Shown: in pieces, positions 48,436 through 62,343 of the stretch
Layout: each line of letters begins with the position of its first letter
Position numbering within the stretch: the stretch's first letter is position 1
Assembly (NCBI GenBank): GCA_025201805.1
Contig: MU619276.1
Location: 141,369-205,368, forward strand
Direction of reading: 5' to 3'
Length of the DNA stretch: 64,000 bases
Origin: Parasitella parasitica NRRL 2501
Lineage: Eukaryota > Fungi > Mucoromycota
Made by a program: the position numbers and the translations under genes
Notes under the pieces: model-generated
Database searches by the model: none
What the model saw: the letters and a program-made list of their open reading frames with translations, nothing else
Told to the model about the DNA's origin: nothing

Positions 48436-50105
48436 TTATCGCAACTCATAACGATCGCCATGACGATCACTGCTGTCCCGGTAAGTGTTGAGCCCACCAT
48501 CCACTAGTAAAATGGGCGTGCTTTCAGCGACAGTGCTATAAAGATGATGCGACGCAGCTCTATCTAGTCCATATTCATCGTAGTCGTCATCATCCTCTTC
48601 AATGTCTCCCCCTTGTAAGCGATGCGTCTCTTCCTGCCCAACGTCAATAGCCGCTGTGTCTTTTCTCGCCTTTGCTGTAATCATCTTGAGCTTGAGCCAA
48701 TTGTATAGACCAATACCGAACAGTGTGATGCATAAACCGATGATATTGACGATGGTGAGAATGTCTCCAAATACAAGCGACGAAATGAATATAGTAGCCA
48801 CTTCCTTGAAAATACCACATACACTCAGTGTTACTACCGATGTGCGCTTGATCAAGAAAAATTCAGACATGATCATACAAAAAGCAAGGCTTCCACCGGC
48901 CAAAATAATGCCCATCTACATTTTGAACCGTAAGCCATTTTGCTCAAACATGGGAAGAAGAAAAAAAAAAGGGGGGGGGGCGGGGGCGGGGAGAGCGAGA
49001 TACGTACCGTGTGCAATCCTACACCAAATGTACTGAAAAAAGCACTGTGAAATATAGTAAAATAGCCCTCTACGCCGGCAGATATAATCAAGAGGATAAT
49101 CGCTTGGGATGGAGCCAAGAAAAAGATGGAGGCAAATGGGTTTGTCAAGCCAATACTCTCTTTCCGCAATAGAACCTCTGTCAATGACCAGCGAAGACCA
49201 CCGAAAACTGAAGCAGCCATCACTTGCACAAAACCTACCAGATTAAAGTCTGTTTCGTCCGACACCATCAATACGACGCCTGTTGTTATAATGACAATGA
49301 TCAGGATCAAATTCCAACTAGGCTTTTCGAGCTTAAAGATGAACGCAAAAATCAGGACAAACGCAAGAGTCGACGATTTGCACATGGCTGGAGAGAAAAC
49401 GGTTAGCATTGGCCATGGACGACACGGGCATTATGATAGTGCGACTTACTATAGAATGAAAGGGTGATAGTCTTTAGCGAGAGGTTGGATAGTCCAATGT
49501 CGAGACTTGTGGCTAACGCACAAGGCAAGACTTTGTATCTATAAAAATGTGTAGTTCAATACATGCAGTCAGACTAGACAAGCATACACACATTACATGT
49601 AATCGGAGACTGTGGGTCGTTTAGCAGGTCGTAGTTTAGGCACAACAAGCAGTGAAGTGCCAGAAAACACAAATTGCACAATCATGTGAACACTGGTGAC
49701 AAACAAAGGATACTGAAAGTTGTAATGGTCCTCTGAAAACATCCATTTGTTGTATACTGATAATATCGTGGCAAACTATAATGGCAGCAGCGGTTAGAAC
49801 AGTAATGGCCAGCTAGTCAAACAAACAAGACACTTTACAGTATACCTGATCAGAAAAATGAGTTTTTTTTAGAGAGGTGAATATAGGCTTTGAGTAGCAT
49901 TCAGTTCTTACCACATCAGTATCCAAAACAAATTAATAGCCGATGATTTTACGATGCTCTTCTTTTGCTGTATCGTTCTTTCTTTGGTTGTCTGGTTGTT
50001 CAGCAATGTCTCGGAAGGCAACGACAAAGGGTCCTCGTCTCGTAATGAAAACACCTCGCTATCCTGTGATGGCCGCCTGTGAGATGGTTGTAAATTTTTG
50101 GTCAT
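48436..50105 (-). CDS. TPT-family transporter (SLC35C2/Ymd8-like), multi-exon
   Basis: [70 protein letters not shown]. Confidence 0.88.
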
Positions 50106-50409
50106 TTTTACAAGGTGTTATGGATTCATATACGGGTGTATATGTTGTATAAATATAAAGCAGAGCAAAAGAAGAAAAGGGCACAAGATGAGGGATAAAA
50201 AAAGCCGCTTTTTTAAAGTCCAGGTATTTGCATCTGGCCAACGTATAACAGTGGGGTGCACCAAAGCCATAATGAAGCTGCAATAAGCAACTGCTGTATT
50301 TCTTGCTATTGCGCTACCAGCTGATACTTTTTTTTATTTTTTTTTATTGATTTATTTATACATATAGTGAGAGTAAACTTTTTGTTACAATACGAATTGG
50401 TCAAACATG

Positions 50410-51048
50410 TCATAACGTTTGGTTGTGTAACGAGAGCATATGCCTTTTGAATGATGTTTTGCGAATTCTTATCTCGCAAATCTCGCAATAATAGTAAGAT
50501 TTCGAAGGAGCTGATTTTTTTGGTTTGATCAAAGGGGGTAAAAGCATATGGTGGATTCTTCTCAAATGAATGTTGTAAAAGTTTTTGTTCGTGTGAGGCT
50601 TTTCACAAGATCTGCAGTAAAAGTTGGGGTCGTCTACATCTGGCTGCACATCTAAATACTTGATGCCTTTGATTTTAGGCGTGATGTTGTGTGCTGATTT
50701 GATATGGCTGTAGTATTCCCTGCACCCTTTTATGTTTTCATTGCATCTACGGCAATAAAACCAAGAGTCTCTGTTCATCGGGATAACTTTATCTGTTTCT
50801 TGGGTCTGTCAGTTGCACGCTATTCTTGTGCGATTTATACATGTACTTTACTTACCGTTCTCAGGCTCACCTGGTGTCGTGTCTTCCTTTTTATAAGCTG
50901 GGCTCTCTTCTTTATTGATTTCAGGCTCTGGGTTGTCTCGTTGTCGTTTGCTTGTAGACGTGTCTTGATTGTCGGCTTGATTTACCTGCAAGCTTTCGAC
51001 ATCTGACAGGTGCTCTTCTTTCTTTACTGCAACTATCTGATTATTCAT
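50410..51048 (-). CDS. C2H2 zinc-finger protein (Mucorales PDxxDPNFYC repeat type), 2 exons
   Basis: Three C2H2 fingers including PDVDDPNFYCRSCEK...HLRRIH; intron 50793-50855 joins the ORFs in frame. Confidence 0.7.
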
Positions 51049-51333
51049 TGCTAGATGTGGTGGTGGGTGCCTTTTATCAAATGTAAAAACTATCAGGATG
51101 CCCTTATATTTTTTGCCAACTCGACTATAAGCCACTTGCTCTCTGTTTATGTATTGCTTTACATTTTTATTTCTGCTCTGAGGCGAGTATGATGTCGGCG
51201 TTTAGCCTAGTGGGGGAGGAGGGGGAATCTCAAAGGTAGCTTTCAGGGTAGATCGTTTTTCTCGTGTCAAGTAAATTAATCTTTTATTCTCAACAATGCA
51301 TACAAAAAAAATAAAATAAAATAAAAATCGATT

Positions 51334-52141
51334 TTATCTATCACCATGTAGTCTTTTCCGTGCCTTTTATAATTTGGATTTTGTTGAAATGTTTAATAAC
51401 CATCCAAAATGATACTACATGCATTTTTTTTTTCTTTTTTTTTTTTTTTTTTTNNNNNNNNNNCCATTTAAACTTACCGTATCAAGAGTCCTACTTTGAT
51501 AAGTGCCAGAAGAGCTTACATCTCGTTTTACTGACGAACCTATTCCTGCTGATTGCGCATAACTTTCGGCCTTGATAGGATCCAAAATACCTGAACCATC
51601 TTTGCCCAGCCCTTCCCCTTTTTTCCAGCCCATGTTTGCCAACATACGGGCACCTTTGTTGTCGTCTGCTATAGGTGCATATACAGAACTCTGATTGATT
51701 TTTGCTCTACACAGCCTCGGATTTAGCATTCAACTAGTCGACTGCAGTGCGAGGCAACTTACTGTTCACGTTTTGGAAAGGACTGGTGTCTTGGGGGGGA
51801 TGAAGGAGGGGATAACACTGGCTTCTCCGGCTGTCCATATGCTTGCCTTCTCTCGGCAGCTCGATTGCGATACTACCTAGACTTAATATCTGGTGTCGCA
51901 ACACAACAATGACGCCCTACCTCCACAGTTTGTTCTTTGTCCTTGCTTGATTGTTCAACCTGGATAAACTGCAACTTGAGCTTGGCCTTGTTCACAGCGA
52001 CAGCGTCATTTAGGTTGTTCTAAATGTCGAAAATATACCTTGTTTAACATTGTCCAACTGTATGGCTGCAGCATCATATGTCTCATATTCACGCCACCCC
52101 CCGTCTCCACTCTCACCAGACCGACGCCTCCTTCCTTTCTT

Positions 52142-52177
<36 letters not shown>

Positions 52178-52677
52178 GCACACCAACCCGCCTGGACATC
52201 AATAAATCGACATGTTCGTACTTTGTGAAGTTCAGATATAGCTTGGTGTCTCTCCAGATCTGGCTTCGATTTGAACTTGCGTTGACACAACAAGCAGGCC
52301 ATGGCAGACAAGTCTGCATAATCGGCCCTGGCCAGCTCTTGTTCGGTCTCGAGATGTGCTTCTTGTTTGAGTTCTTTTTTCTTTCTATTCCAACGCTCCA
52401 ACTGACTGTAAACCTAGTCCATCATTTAGCTGCGGCAAAGCACCTAGCTGTTGGCCTTGAAACTTACTTTTTTGGTTGCGATAGGAGCTGCGGTGCTGTC
52501 TTTGTCTGAGCGTTTGCGCTTCTTTTCGTCGCCTACGACTGCAGAAGCTGCTGCTGCCGTTGTCGCTGTCGCTGTCGTTGCTGATTTCTCTTTTTCTTGC
52601 GCTGAATCGAGGTCCACTGTCTTTTCAATTTTTGACTTGATGACAAACTTGAACGCTGGCTTTTGTTGGTTGAACAT
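51334..52677 (-). CDS. C2H2 + G-patch protein resembling the C-terminal half of RBM5/RBM10, multi-exon
   Basis: MACLLCQRKFKSKPDLERHQAISELHK; YRNRAAERR; DNKGARMLANMGWKKGEGLGKDGSGILDPIKA; start codon uncertain. Confidence 0.8.
52138..52182 (+). repeat. Compound (CT)n(CA)n intronic microsatellite
   Basis: Direct sequence. Confidence 0.85.
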
Positions 52678-53138
52678 TTTTCAATTTTGTAAAGAGGTAA
52701 AAAAAAAAAAAAAAATTATAATGGCCAGGAGCATTTGTAATGAACAGCTCAAATCCGTGACTGAGGGAAATGTCCAGCAAGAACAATGATCCCGATGCAC
52801 GGTACGATTTGGGACATTTGCTCGCAATTGTCAATTATATTCTTCAATCGAATGTCAAGTGTATTGGCATCTGGATGCATTGCTAATGAGAACCACAACC
52901 ACTGAATCGAAACAAAATGTAGAGTATTTTGTTGACATTGTTTTTGAGCAAGTGCCAACCTTTTTTCCCGTTGTTTTTTTTAGCCGGAGAAATAGAATGA
53001 TGGCAATAACTACTATGTATAATTATATCTGGATCCCAAGTTCCAAAAATATAAAAAAAGAGTTTTTTTTTTTTTGACAAGCCAGATTTTCAAGTTGTTT
53101 CTTTCTTGATTTTCGCCCGAAAAAAAAACATACGCAGA

Positions 53139-55546
53139 ATGGCAGAAAGCGGCTCAGGCTTCAACTATGATGATTACCCTGTCATTGTAGGCATTGATTT
53201 CGGCAAGTAATATTCCACGCATTGGGCTTGTCAATCACTGGCTAAATGTGAATGTCTCTGTAGGCACTACATTCTCCGGCTGCTGCTATGCATTTGCACA
53301 GAACGAAGAAGTAATTGACATTGTCAAATGGTAATTTGCAGAGCAGTCTGTCGTATATACAGCACATGGTATTAACAATGACATATATTAGGCCCAAGCA
53401 GAATAACAATATTTATCCCAAGGTATGCTAATCCCTAGCTACGTTAGCGTATGCAATAACCAATTTCAAATCGTAGACTCCTACATTGTCATTGTATAGA
53501 AAGGGATCGACGCAAATACTGGACTGGGGGCATGGAGCAAGAAGGACAGCGATGAAGCCCAACAGCTCAGATCTCTTGCTGCTGTCTAAATTCAAGCTGT
53601 ACCTTGACGAACATTTGCAAAACGAAACTTTGCCCAATAATCTCAACATTATCGATGTCATTGCTGATTACTTGCGACTATTTCACAACCACGTCTGCGC
53701 GGAATTGTTAAAGGGATTTGCAGGAAATTACGACCAGAGTAAATTTCGCTATGTAAGAGTTTAGTTTTTCACACAAGAAAAACCCCCCTTCTCCCTCCCT
53801 CCCATCGTATTTAATAACGCTGTCGGACACATGTATGTATAGTGCTTGACTGTGCCAGCCATGTGGACAGATCGCGCCAAAGCAGCCATGCGAGAAGCAG
53901 CCATTCGAGCAGGGCTGATTGTGCGTGCAGATCCACCCGAAAGACTCGCCTTGATTTCAGAGCCTGAAGCAGCAGCGCTGTACTGCGAAAAGAAATCGGA
54001 GCAATTTAATCTATCGCATGGCCAGCGATTCATGATTTGCGATGCTGGCGGCGGAACAGTAGATCTTATCGTATTTGAAATCGATGAAAAGGCGGCTGGA
54101 AAGTAAAGAGATTGTCACAATTGTTGTACATGTCGACATGAGTTGAATCTAACTCATGCTATTTAGACGCACTTTGAAGGAAGTTACTAATGGCCATGGC
54201 GCCACCTGTGGCTCTGGTTTTCTGGATTCTCGTATGCGTGACTACATTGCTCGCAAATTTGCTCACATTGGCCCTATCAATGATTCAGCGATGGAACACA
54301 TTATGGAAACATTTGTCAACATAAAAAAAAAAAAAAATCGGCTGGTGTGTATGTGTATTGCAGTGCTGTTGAGTAACCTGCCAAATATTTGTAGCCTGAA
54401 TTCGATGGCACAGAGGACCACTTTTTAGATTTGCCAGCCTCTATGGGCTTGGGCGATTTAACGGATGAGCCCATCGGCTTGGAAAATGGGTGTCTGTTGC
54501 TTCCTGCCACGGAGCTCTGCAATGAGATTTTCGACCCCATTGTATCGCAGGTACTGGGGCTGATCGACAACCAGTTGCTGCAGTCGCCTGTCTTGGAGGC
54601 TATTTTCTTGGTAGGCGGGTTTGGGCAGTCCAACTACTTGTTCAAGCGAGTTGAAGACATCTTTGCAGACCGAGTAGGGATGATTGGAGTGCCTCCTCGA
54701 GGCGAACTAGCTGTTGTCCGTGGTGCTGTCTATTTTGGCCTGAGTCCGCAAACAGTGACAGAGCGCATTTCTCGCCGCACGTATGGCGTCGAGACCCGCA
54801 TGCTGTTCCAGAACGACATTGACCCACCAGAATTTTCTGTGGTCGGCGTAGACGGAAGAAACTATTGTCGGCAGAGGTTCAGCGTGTATGTGCATAAAGG
54901 GCAAAGCATAGACGTCAACGAGTGTGTGTCCAAGACGTTTGTGATTAGCTATCCCAACGACACGGATTCAGACTTGTATGCGTACGATGCGGATGAGCCT
55001 GTACCACGTCTCACGACAGATCCTCGAATCCAAAAAGTCGGTCATTTCCCTATCCGCATGCCCAAATTAGAAGGTGTCAAGCCAGGCGATAAAGTAACAC
55101 TGACGATTCGCATGTATTTTGGCCTGACTGAAATCAAAATAGAGTGTGTCATCCAAGACCAAGTTTTCGTGTTTACTAGTGCTTTTGACGCTGCTGATGC
55201 TCGTACTGCGACAGCGACAGCGACAGCGACAAACGCTACGTCAAATATACAGACTCCAACAATTCAGCCAATGTCGGCCATGTCTTCTGTTGTCTATCCG
55301 CCAACACGGTATTCTCCAGCGCCTGCACAACTACCACCAATTCAACAGCAACACCAAGGGTATCCTTCCAGCGTCATGCCACCAAATAGCGGCGTCTACG
55401 ACAGCAGAAACTCGGCCATGAGCTACGATGCATTGGCTGCACAGCAACAACAGGATTACTACAATCAGCAGCAGCAGCAGTATCCGCCCCAAGGATACTA
55501 TAACGCTACTACACAGCAAATGTACCCTCCCAGCCACTACCGCTAA
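53139..55546 (+). CDS. HSPA12-like Hsp70/actin-like ATPase with Q/Y/P-rich tail, multi-exon
   Basis: VGIDFGTTFSG, LTVPAMW, LISEPEAAALYC, ICDAGGGTVDL, CGSGFLD, FLVGGFGQSNYL, AVVRGAV. Confidence 0.9.
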
Positions 55547-55642
55547 TGATGCTTAGAAACATGTCAAACCGGCTATTATGTAAAACCTGTGAAATAAACA
55601 TTCGAGTTTTTTTTTTTTTTTCGTCTTTTGCCTTTTTTTTTT

Positions 55643-55674
<32 letters not shown>

Positions 55675-55686
55675 TTTTACACCAGT

Positions 55687-55926
55687 ATGGAATCTCCTAT
55701 ACAAGCACAGCATCCTCATTCTCATCCAAATCAAGTACCTCAGCCTCATGCTGGCCGTCCGGTTGGTTCAGCCATGAGACCGAGAAGAGTAATTGGCAAG
55801 TTTTTCCTGTCTAAAACGCTCGGTAGAGGTTCTATGGGGAAAGTCAAGCTAGCTCTGAACACTGAAACAAACGAAAAGGTATCTACCATGCCATGTGTAT
55901 ATGTGTGTGTGTATGTGCGTGTGTGT

Positions 55927-55960
<34 letters not shown>

Positions 55961-58202
55961 CTGTGTGTGTGTCTGTGCGTGTGCGTGTATGATTTTGCGT
56001 TGCTCATCTGTTGCTTGTATGCATATAGCTGGCAGTTAAAATTGTTCCCCGTAAGCTGCTGGTAAGCAAATCAGTCCCACCCACCAAGAAAGAACGGGAT
56101 GCTGAAATCAGTCGAGAAATACGGACCATTCGAGAAGCCAGCATCATGCTCCTGCTGGATCACCCGTTTATTGCTAGACTGGATGAAATGGTGCTGATAG
56201 ACAACTTTTACTACCTGTTTATGGAGTACGTGGACGGTGGCCAACTGCTGGATTACATCATTTCACACGGCAAACTGAAAGAGAGACAGGCAAGGCAGTT
56301 TTCACGGCAAATAGCTAGCGCTTTAGGTAAGTTTGTTGGGGGGCGGCGGGAGGGACGTCCAACGCACTGTCGGATTTAAACAGAGTGCACCACAGATTAC
56401 TGCCATCGCAATTCCATCGTCCACAGAGATTTGAAGGTGGAGAACATCTTGATCTCGAGATCCGGCACCATCAAGATCATTGACTTTGGACTTTCCAATG
56501 TCTTTTCTCCAAGGTCTCATCTTTCAACCTTCTGTGGGTCTTTGTACTTTGCTGCGCCTGAATTGCTGGACGGGAGAATGTACACTGGTCCTGAAGTCGA
56601 TGTGTGGAGCTTTGGCGTGGTGATATACGTGCTGGTTGTTGGTGCCGTTCCGTTTGACGACCAAAACGTAGCTGCATTGCACGCCAAGGTAAAGCAGGGC
56701 GATCTGGAGTATCCTGGACATCTCTCGGGCGATTGCAAGAGTCTGCTCCAGCGCATGCTGGTGACACGTCGAAAACAGCGAGCCTCCATGTCCGAAGTCA
56801 TTGTTCATCCGTGGCTGAACAAGGGCTACGATGCTCCAGTCGAAAACCATCTGCCCAAGAGAAATCCCCTGCAGCTTCCCGTTGATATGAACGTAGTGCG
56901 TGGCATGGGGGGATTTGGGTTTGGCACGGAAGAAGCGATCAAGAACGAGCTGGAAACTATCATCTCATCTGAAGAATACCAATCCAGCGCCAAGCTGTTG
57001 CAATTGACGTCGCAGCATTCATTCGAGGAGATCTCACCACCTATCCATTTGTTGAGACAGAGGTCGTTCTCTTGCGCCATGAACGATCCCCAGTCTATTC
57101 CTGCTGCATATCACCCATTGATATCCATATACTACCTTGTCAAGGAACGCATGCAAAAAGATGCGTTATCCAGGAGTTCGCATGAGCTATCCGACGACGA
57201 TTCGTTGTTGAGGGGTGAAAAAACAGACTCGATTGGCGTCTCGTACACGGCTCGCGGTAAAGCCCATGTCCAGCAGCAAACTTTGCAGCAAGAGCAAGAT
57301 GTTGTGCAGTATGCGCTGGGAGTAGCAGAGGCCTCTGCGCAAGCCTCAGCTGATTTCGGACATGGACATCGCCGCATGATTTCTGACGCATCGGCCGCTT
57401 CTACGCTGTCAGCTTCCACTGGCACGTCGGGCTCTGCCACCAGTAATAAGTCCAGTATCCTCAGTCGTCTGAGTCGTCGCTTAAGCAGACAGCACCAACC
57501 AGATGAACCAAATGCGCCCATTGCAAACACAAGACAAAATAGACGGGTCTCAGGTGATGCTGCCCCCAATATCACAATTGCTAAGCGCACCGTCGCTGGG
57601 GATACCGCCCCCGTTGTCACCCTCAATGGATCACCTGTCACTGTTGAACACCACCCTTCACCTCACAGGAAAGATGGCAGATCAGGTAAATTGTTCAACA
57701 GCTTACTAAAGAGAGCCACTTCTATTACGGTAAAGGACTTGCCATCTACGCAACACGGTACCGAGCATAAGACAGCAGCCCACCATTTCAATCGTCGTCC
57801 ATCCACATACACCACTACCGTTGAACGCGGAAACCCCTCTGGTCAAGCAAAAGTCGGAGCTCGACACGAGCATCAGAAAGACACAGCAACTTCCCTGCTA
57901 ACATTACCCACTACCGTCATCCCTAACACAGCCGCTGCCGCCGCTTCCGCTGCCACCACCACCACCATCACCACGAGCGACCTTTCACCCACTGTCGAGC
58001 AAGATGAACACGCAGATCACAGGCAGCAAAAAGCAGACGATTCTGTGAAATCTGTTTATTTAAAAGGCTTGTTTTCAGTGGCAACCACTTCGAGCAAAAA
58101 AGTATCTGATATCCGTCAAGAAATCATACGGGCGTTGGCAAAGAAGGGCATTTCGTACCGTGAAAAGAAGGATAGATTCGAGTGCTTTTTGAGCAGCAGC
58201 AA

Positions 58203-58233
<31 letters not shown>

Positions 58234-58446
58234 GGGCCAGCTGGGTACAAAAACAACCTAGCAGATACATCAGACGATGATGGCACCAACATAGATGAGC
58301 CGCCAGTAGCTGTCAGATTTGATATCTATATCGTGAAAATACCCTTGCTGTGGGGTTTGCGTGGGGTTAGATTTAGACGTGTCAGTGGTGATCCATGGCG
58401 GTACAAAAATACCTGTAGCATGATTTTGGATAGCCTAAATTTGTAA
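55687..58446 (+). CDS. Kin1/PAR-1/MARK family Ser/Thr kinase with C-terminal KA1 domain, 3 exons
   Basis: LGRGSMGKVK, VHRDLKVEN, DFGLSN, TFCGSLYFAAPE; KA1 VYLKGLFSVATTS...FRRVSGDPWRYKNTCSMILDSLNL. Confidence 0.92.
55894..55990 (+). repeat. Long imperfect (GT)n microsatellite in kinase intron 1
   Basis: Direct sequence. Confidence 0.9.
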
Positions 58447-58807
58447 TAAAAATATTTGAAAAGGTTGTGTGACACTATTTGCATATAAGATACTAGTGGG
58501 GGAGGGGAGTGGGTTTTTTGCAAGTTTAAATCGGCGTGTCCAAGATTTAAGTTGAAGCGAAATACTGCTATCCAATATTCCGTATTATATTCATACCCTA
58601 AATGTACTCTTTCATCAAGGTACATGTCTTTATTGCATTTAGCTGGCACAATGTGAATTTCATGCGGTAATCTCCTAAAAAAAAAAGTGGCTGTCAATTG
58701 CAACCCTATGGTCACCCTACACATTCATTTGACCATCGCAGACCCAGCGCATGTTATTATTATTATTATTTTTTTTTTTTTTTTTTAACCATCACATAAC
58801 GAAAAGA

Positions 58808-60452
58808 ATGGCAAATATTAGGAATTTTGCAAATCAAATACAGCAGGCTTACACTACACAAGATGAGCCATTATTTAGCCGACTCATTACTATTGACATA
58901 TCGAGTCCAACAGTGAATGCACTTGCGCAGGACCTCTATCACGTAAGTTTTGCGTTTTACGGATGATACACAACCAACAACGAAAACGGTATTTTTTTCT
59001 CGCCCTATTAGACAAGTGAGCAACAATCACAGCAGATTATCGAAAGCATACTCGAAGATACATCTTATGCATTGACAGAGGCAATGACAAACTACATGGA
59101 GGTTGTGCGCTACTTGACAAGCAGCGATATTGATTTTGTGTTTGAAACGTTCGCAAACTTTTACAAGTAACGTTTAAGCAGTTGAAAGCAAACGGGAAGA
59201 GAAGAGAGAAACTTATCGAGCATCCTGTAGATCTTTGATACCTGTCTTTAGTGGATCCGATACCTTTTTCATGCTGCCAGTTATCAAGACATTGTCGACA
59301 TTGCTTGTACAATTAGCATTCCGTGTAAGAGTGCATTTTGCAGAACAAAAATAACGACCCTGCTGAATGGCTGATTGTAGGTTGACAAGATGGGACTAGT
59401 CGGCAAAGCTCGCAAAGCAAATACGGCGGCCAGACTGGTTTCAAAGGTATTCAACACCATGCTGGCCGACCGGACGCCCATCGAGACATCGAAACAGCAA
59501 GGCATATTCCACATCACAAACCTGGTGTTCAAAGTGTACTTTAAACTGAATTCGGTCAAGATGTGTCAAACGTTTATATCCAACATCAGTCAGAGCGCTT
59601 TGGACTTGGAGCTGTTCCCCATCAGCCAGCAAGTGACGTACAAGTACTACACTGGAAGATACTCGCTCTATCAAGGACGTCTGCAGCATGTAAGTCAAAA
59701 GCTGGATGCTCTTTTTTTCCACGGCCATACGCTCAATCCCATGTTTGGAATAGGCTCAAAACTATCTCTTGTTTGCGTTTGAAAAATGCCATGCTCAGCA
59801 ATGGCACAACAAAAGAATAATTCTACACTACTTGATCCCTACGCGCATCGTCTTGGGATATTTCCCATCGGCCCAACTGCTAGAAAAGTACCAATTAGCA
59901 GCGCCGTATGCCAACCTCGTAAAGACGATGCGAGTCGGCGACATCCATGGCTACCTGATGCATCTAGACACGTATTTTGAATATTTTTACAGCCATCTTA
60001 GCTATCTGCTTCTTAAGGAAAGGGGCCTTGTGCTCGTTTGGCGCTGTCTGCTGAACAAATTGTACGCCTGCAAGAAAAACGGACGTGCCGACGCTTCTCC
60101 AACGCTGGGCTTTGAGGAATGCCTCAAAGCCTTTGTCTTTTCTTCTCAAGATGAGTCTTACGATCTGAATGACATGGAAAGTATTCTGGTTTCATTAGTG
60201 AGCCAAGTAAGTTTTTTTTTTTTTTAAAAAAAAAAAAGTAGATGGACGGATTGATTGATTTGCTCTTAGGGCTACATTCGTGGTTACATACAGCATCAAC
60301 GCCAATGTATTGTTCTTAGTAAAACCAACGCTTTCCCTCCTATATCGAATGTACGCGCTCATGTGGAAAAGTACAATGAGGCCTCTGTGGAGGACCATTT
60401 AAAGGAAACGCAGCAAACCGTGCCAAATGAAATAATGCAGCTAATGAGCTGA
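58808..60452 (+). CDS. PCI-domain protein CSN12/PCID2 (Thp1-like), multi-exon
   Basis: SKQQGIFHITNLVFKVYFKLN, FPISQQVTYKYYTGR, HNKRIILHYLIP, GYIRGYIQH...VLSKTNAFP. Confidence 0.88.
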
Positions 60453-60586
60453 TTTTTGCGCTCTTGAATAAAAGCATTGTTTTTGTTTGAACAAAGAATT
60501 TATTGATAAGCTTTTTCCTAGTATTCATATTGGAGAGCTTGAATCGTTTTGATATTGATTTGATATTTAGAGAATGGGCATCTGAT

Positions 60587-61777
<1,191 letters not shown>

Positions 61778-62343
61778 GCACAATATCAAATTGATCATCA
61801 ATATATCTTTTCTGAAAAAAAAAAATATCAGTCATGCCAAACACATGTAATAAAAGAAAGACAGTTTTTAACATGTAAACACCCATTCAGGCCAACAATG
61901 CTCTTTACAATGTATTTTAACATTTAGAAGGAAAAAAAAAAAAAAAAGCAATTGCCTTGGTTATTGACCTTTTTTGTGCTAAAGCTTGAACAGCTAAATT
62001 CTTTCTTTTATTGAAAGCGCAATCAATTACTATAATTAGCTGAAAATTCGAAAAATAAAGTAATGCATGAATAGCCGTAGTCGTTGGCTGACGATTATGA
62101 TAGTAGTAGTATTAATAAAAAGGGGGGGGGATGGAGGAGGATATAGTATATGTGAATAAATATTTGTTGCTTATATGTATATAGAATTCTTTGCATACAT
62201 GGAGAATTTCGTGAAAATAATTTAAAAAAATTGGGAAAAAAAAAGGGCATAAAAATGTGGTTGAAGCCTATGTAACTATGTATAAAAATAATGAAAATTA
62301 AAGAATAAAAAGAGGGGATAAAGAGCGTAAATGGAAGCAGCGT

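Noticed and set aside
29594-50105. Galactokinase plus two nucleotide-sugar transporters as a sugar/glycan gene cluster
   Set aside because: No GAL7/GAL10 or glycosyltransferase; the genes are separated by unrelated genes and TEs.
52555-55232. Same (GCGACA)n Ala-Thr repeat in the divergent G-patch and HSPA12-like genes
   Set aside because: Short slippage microsatellites in low-complexity coding segments; independent origin is likely.
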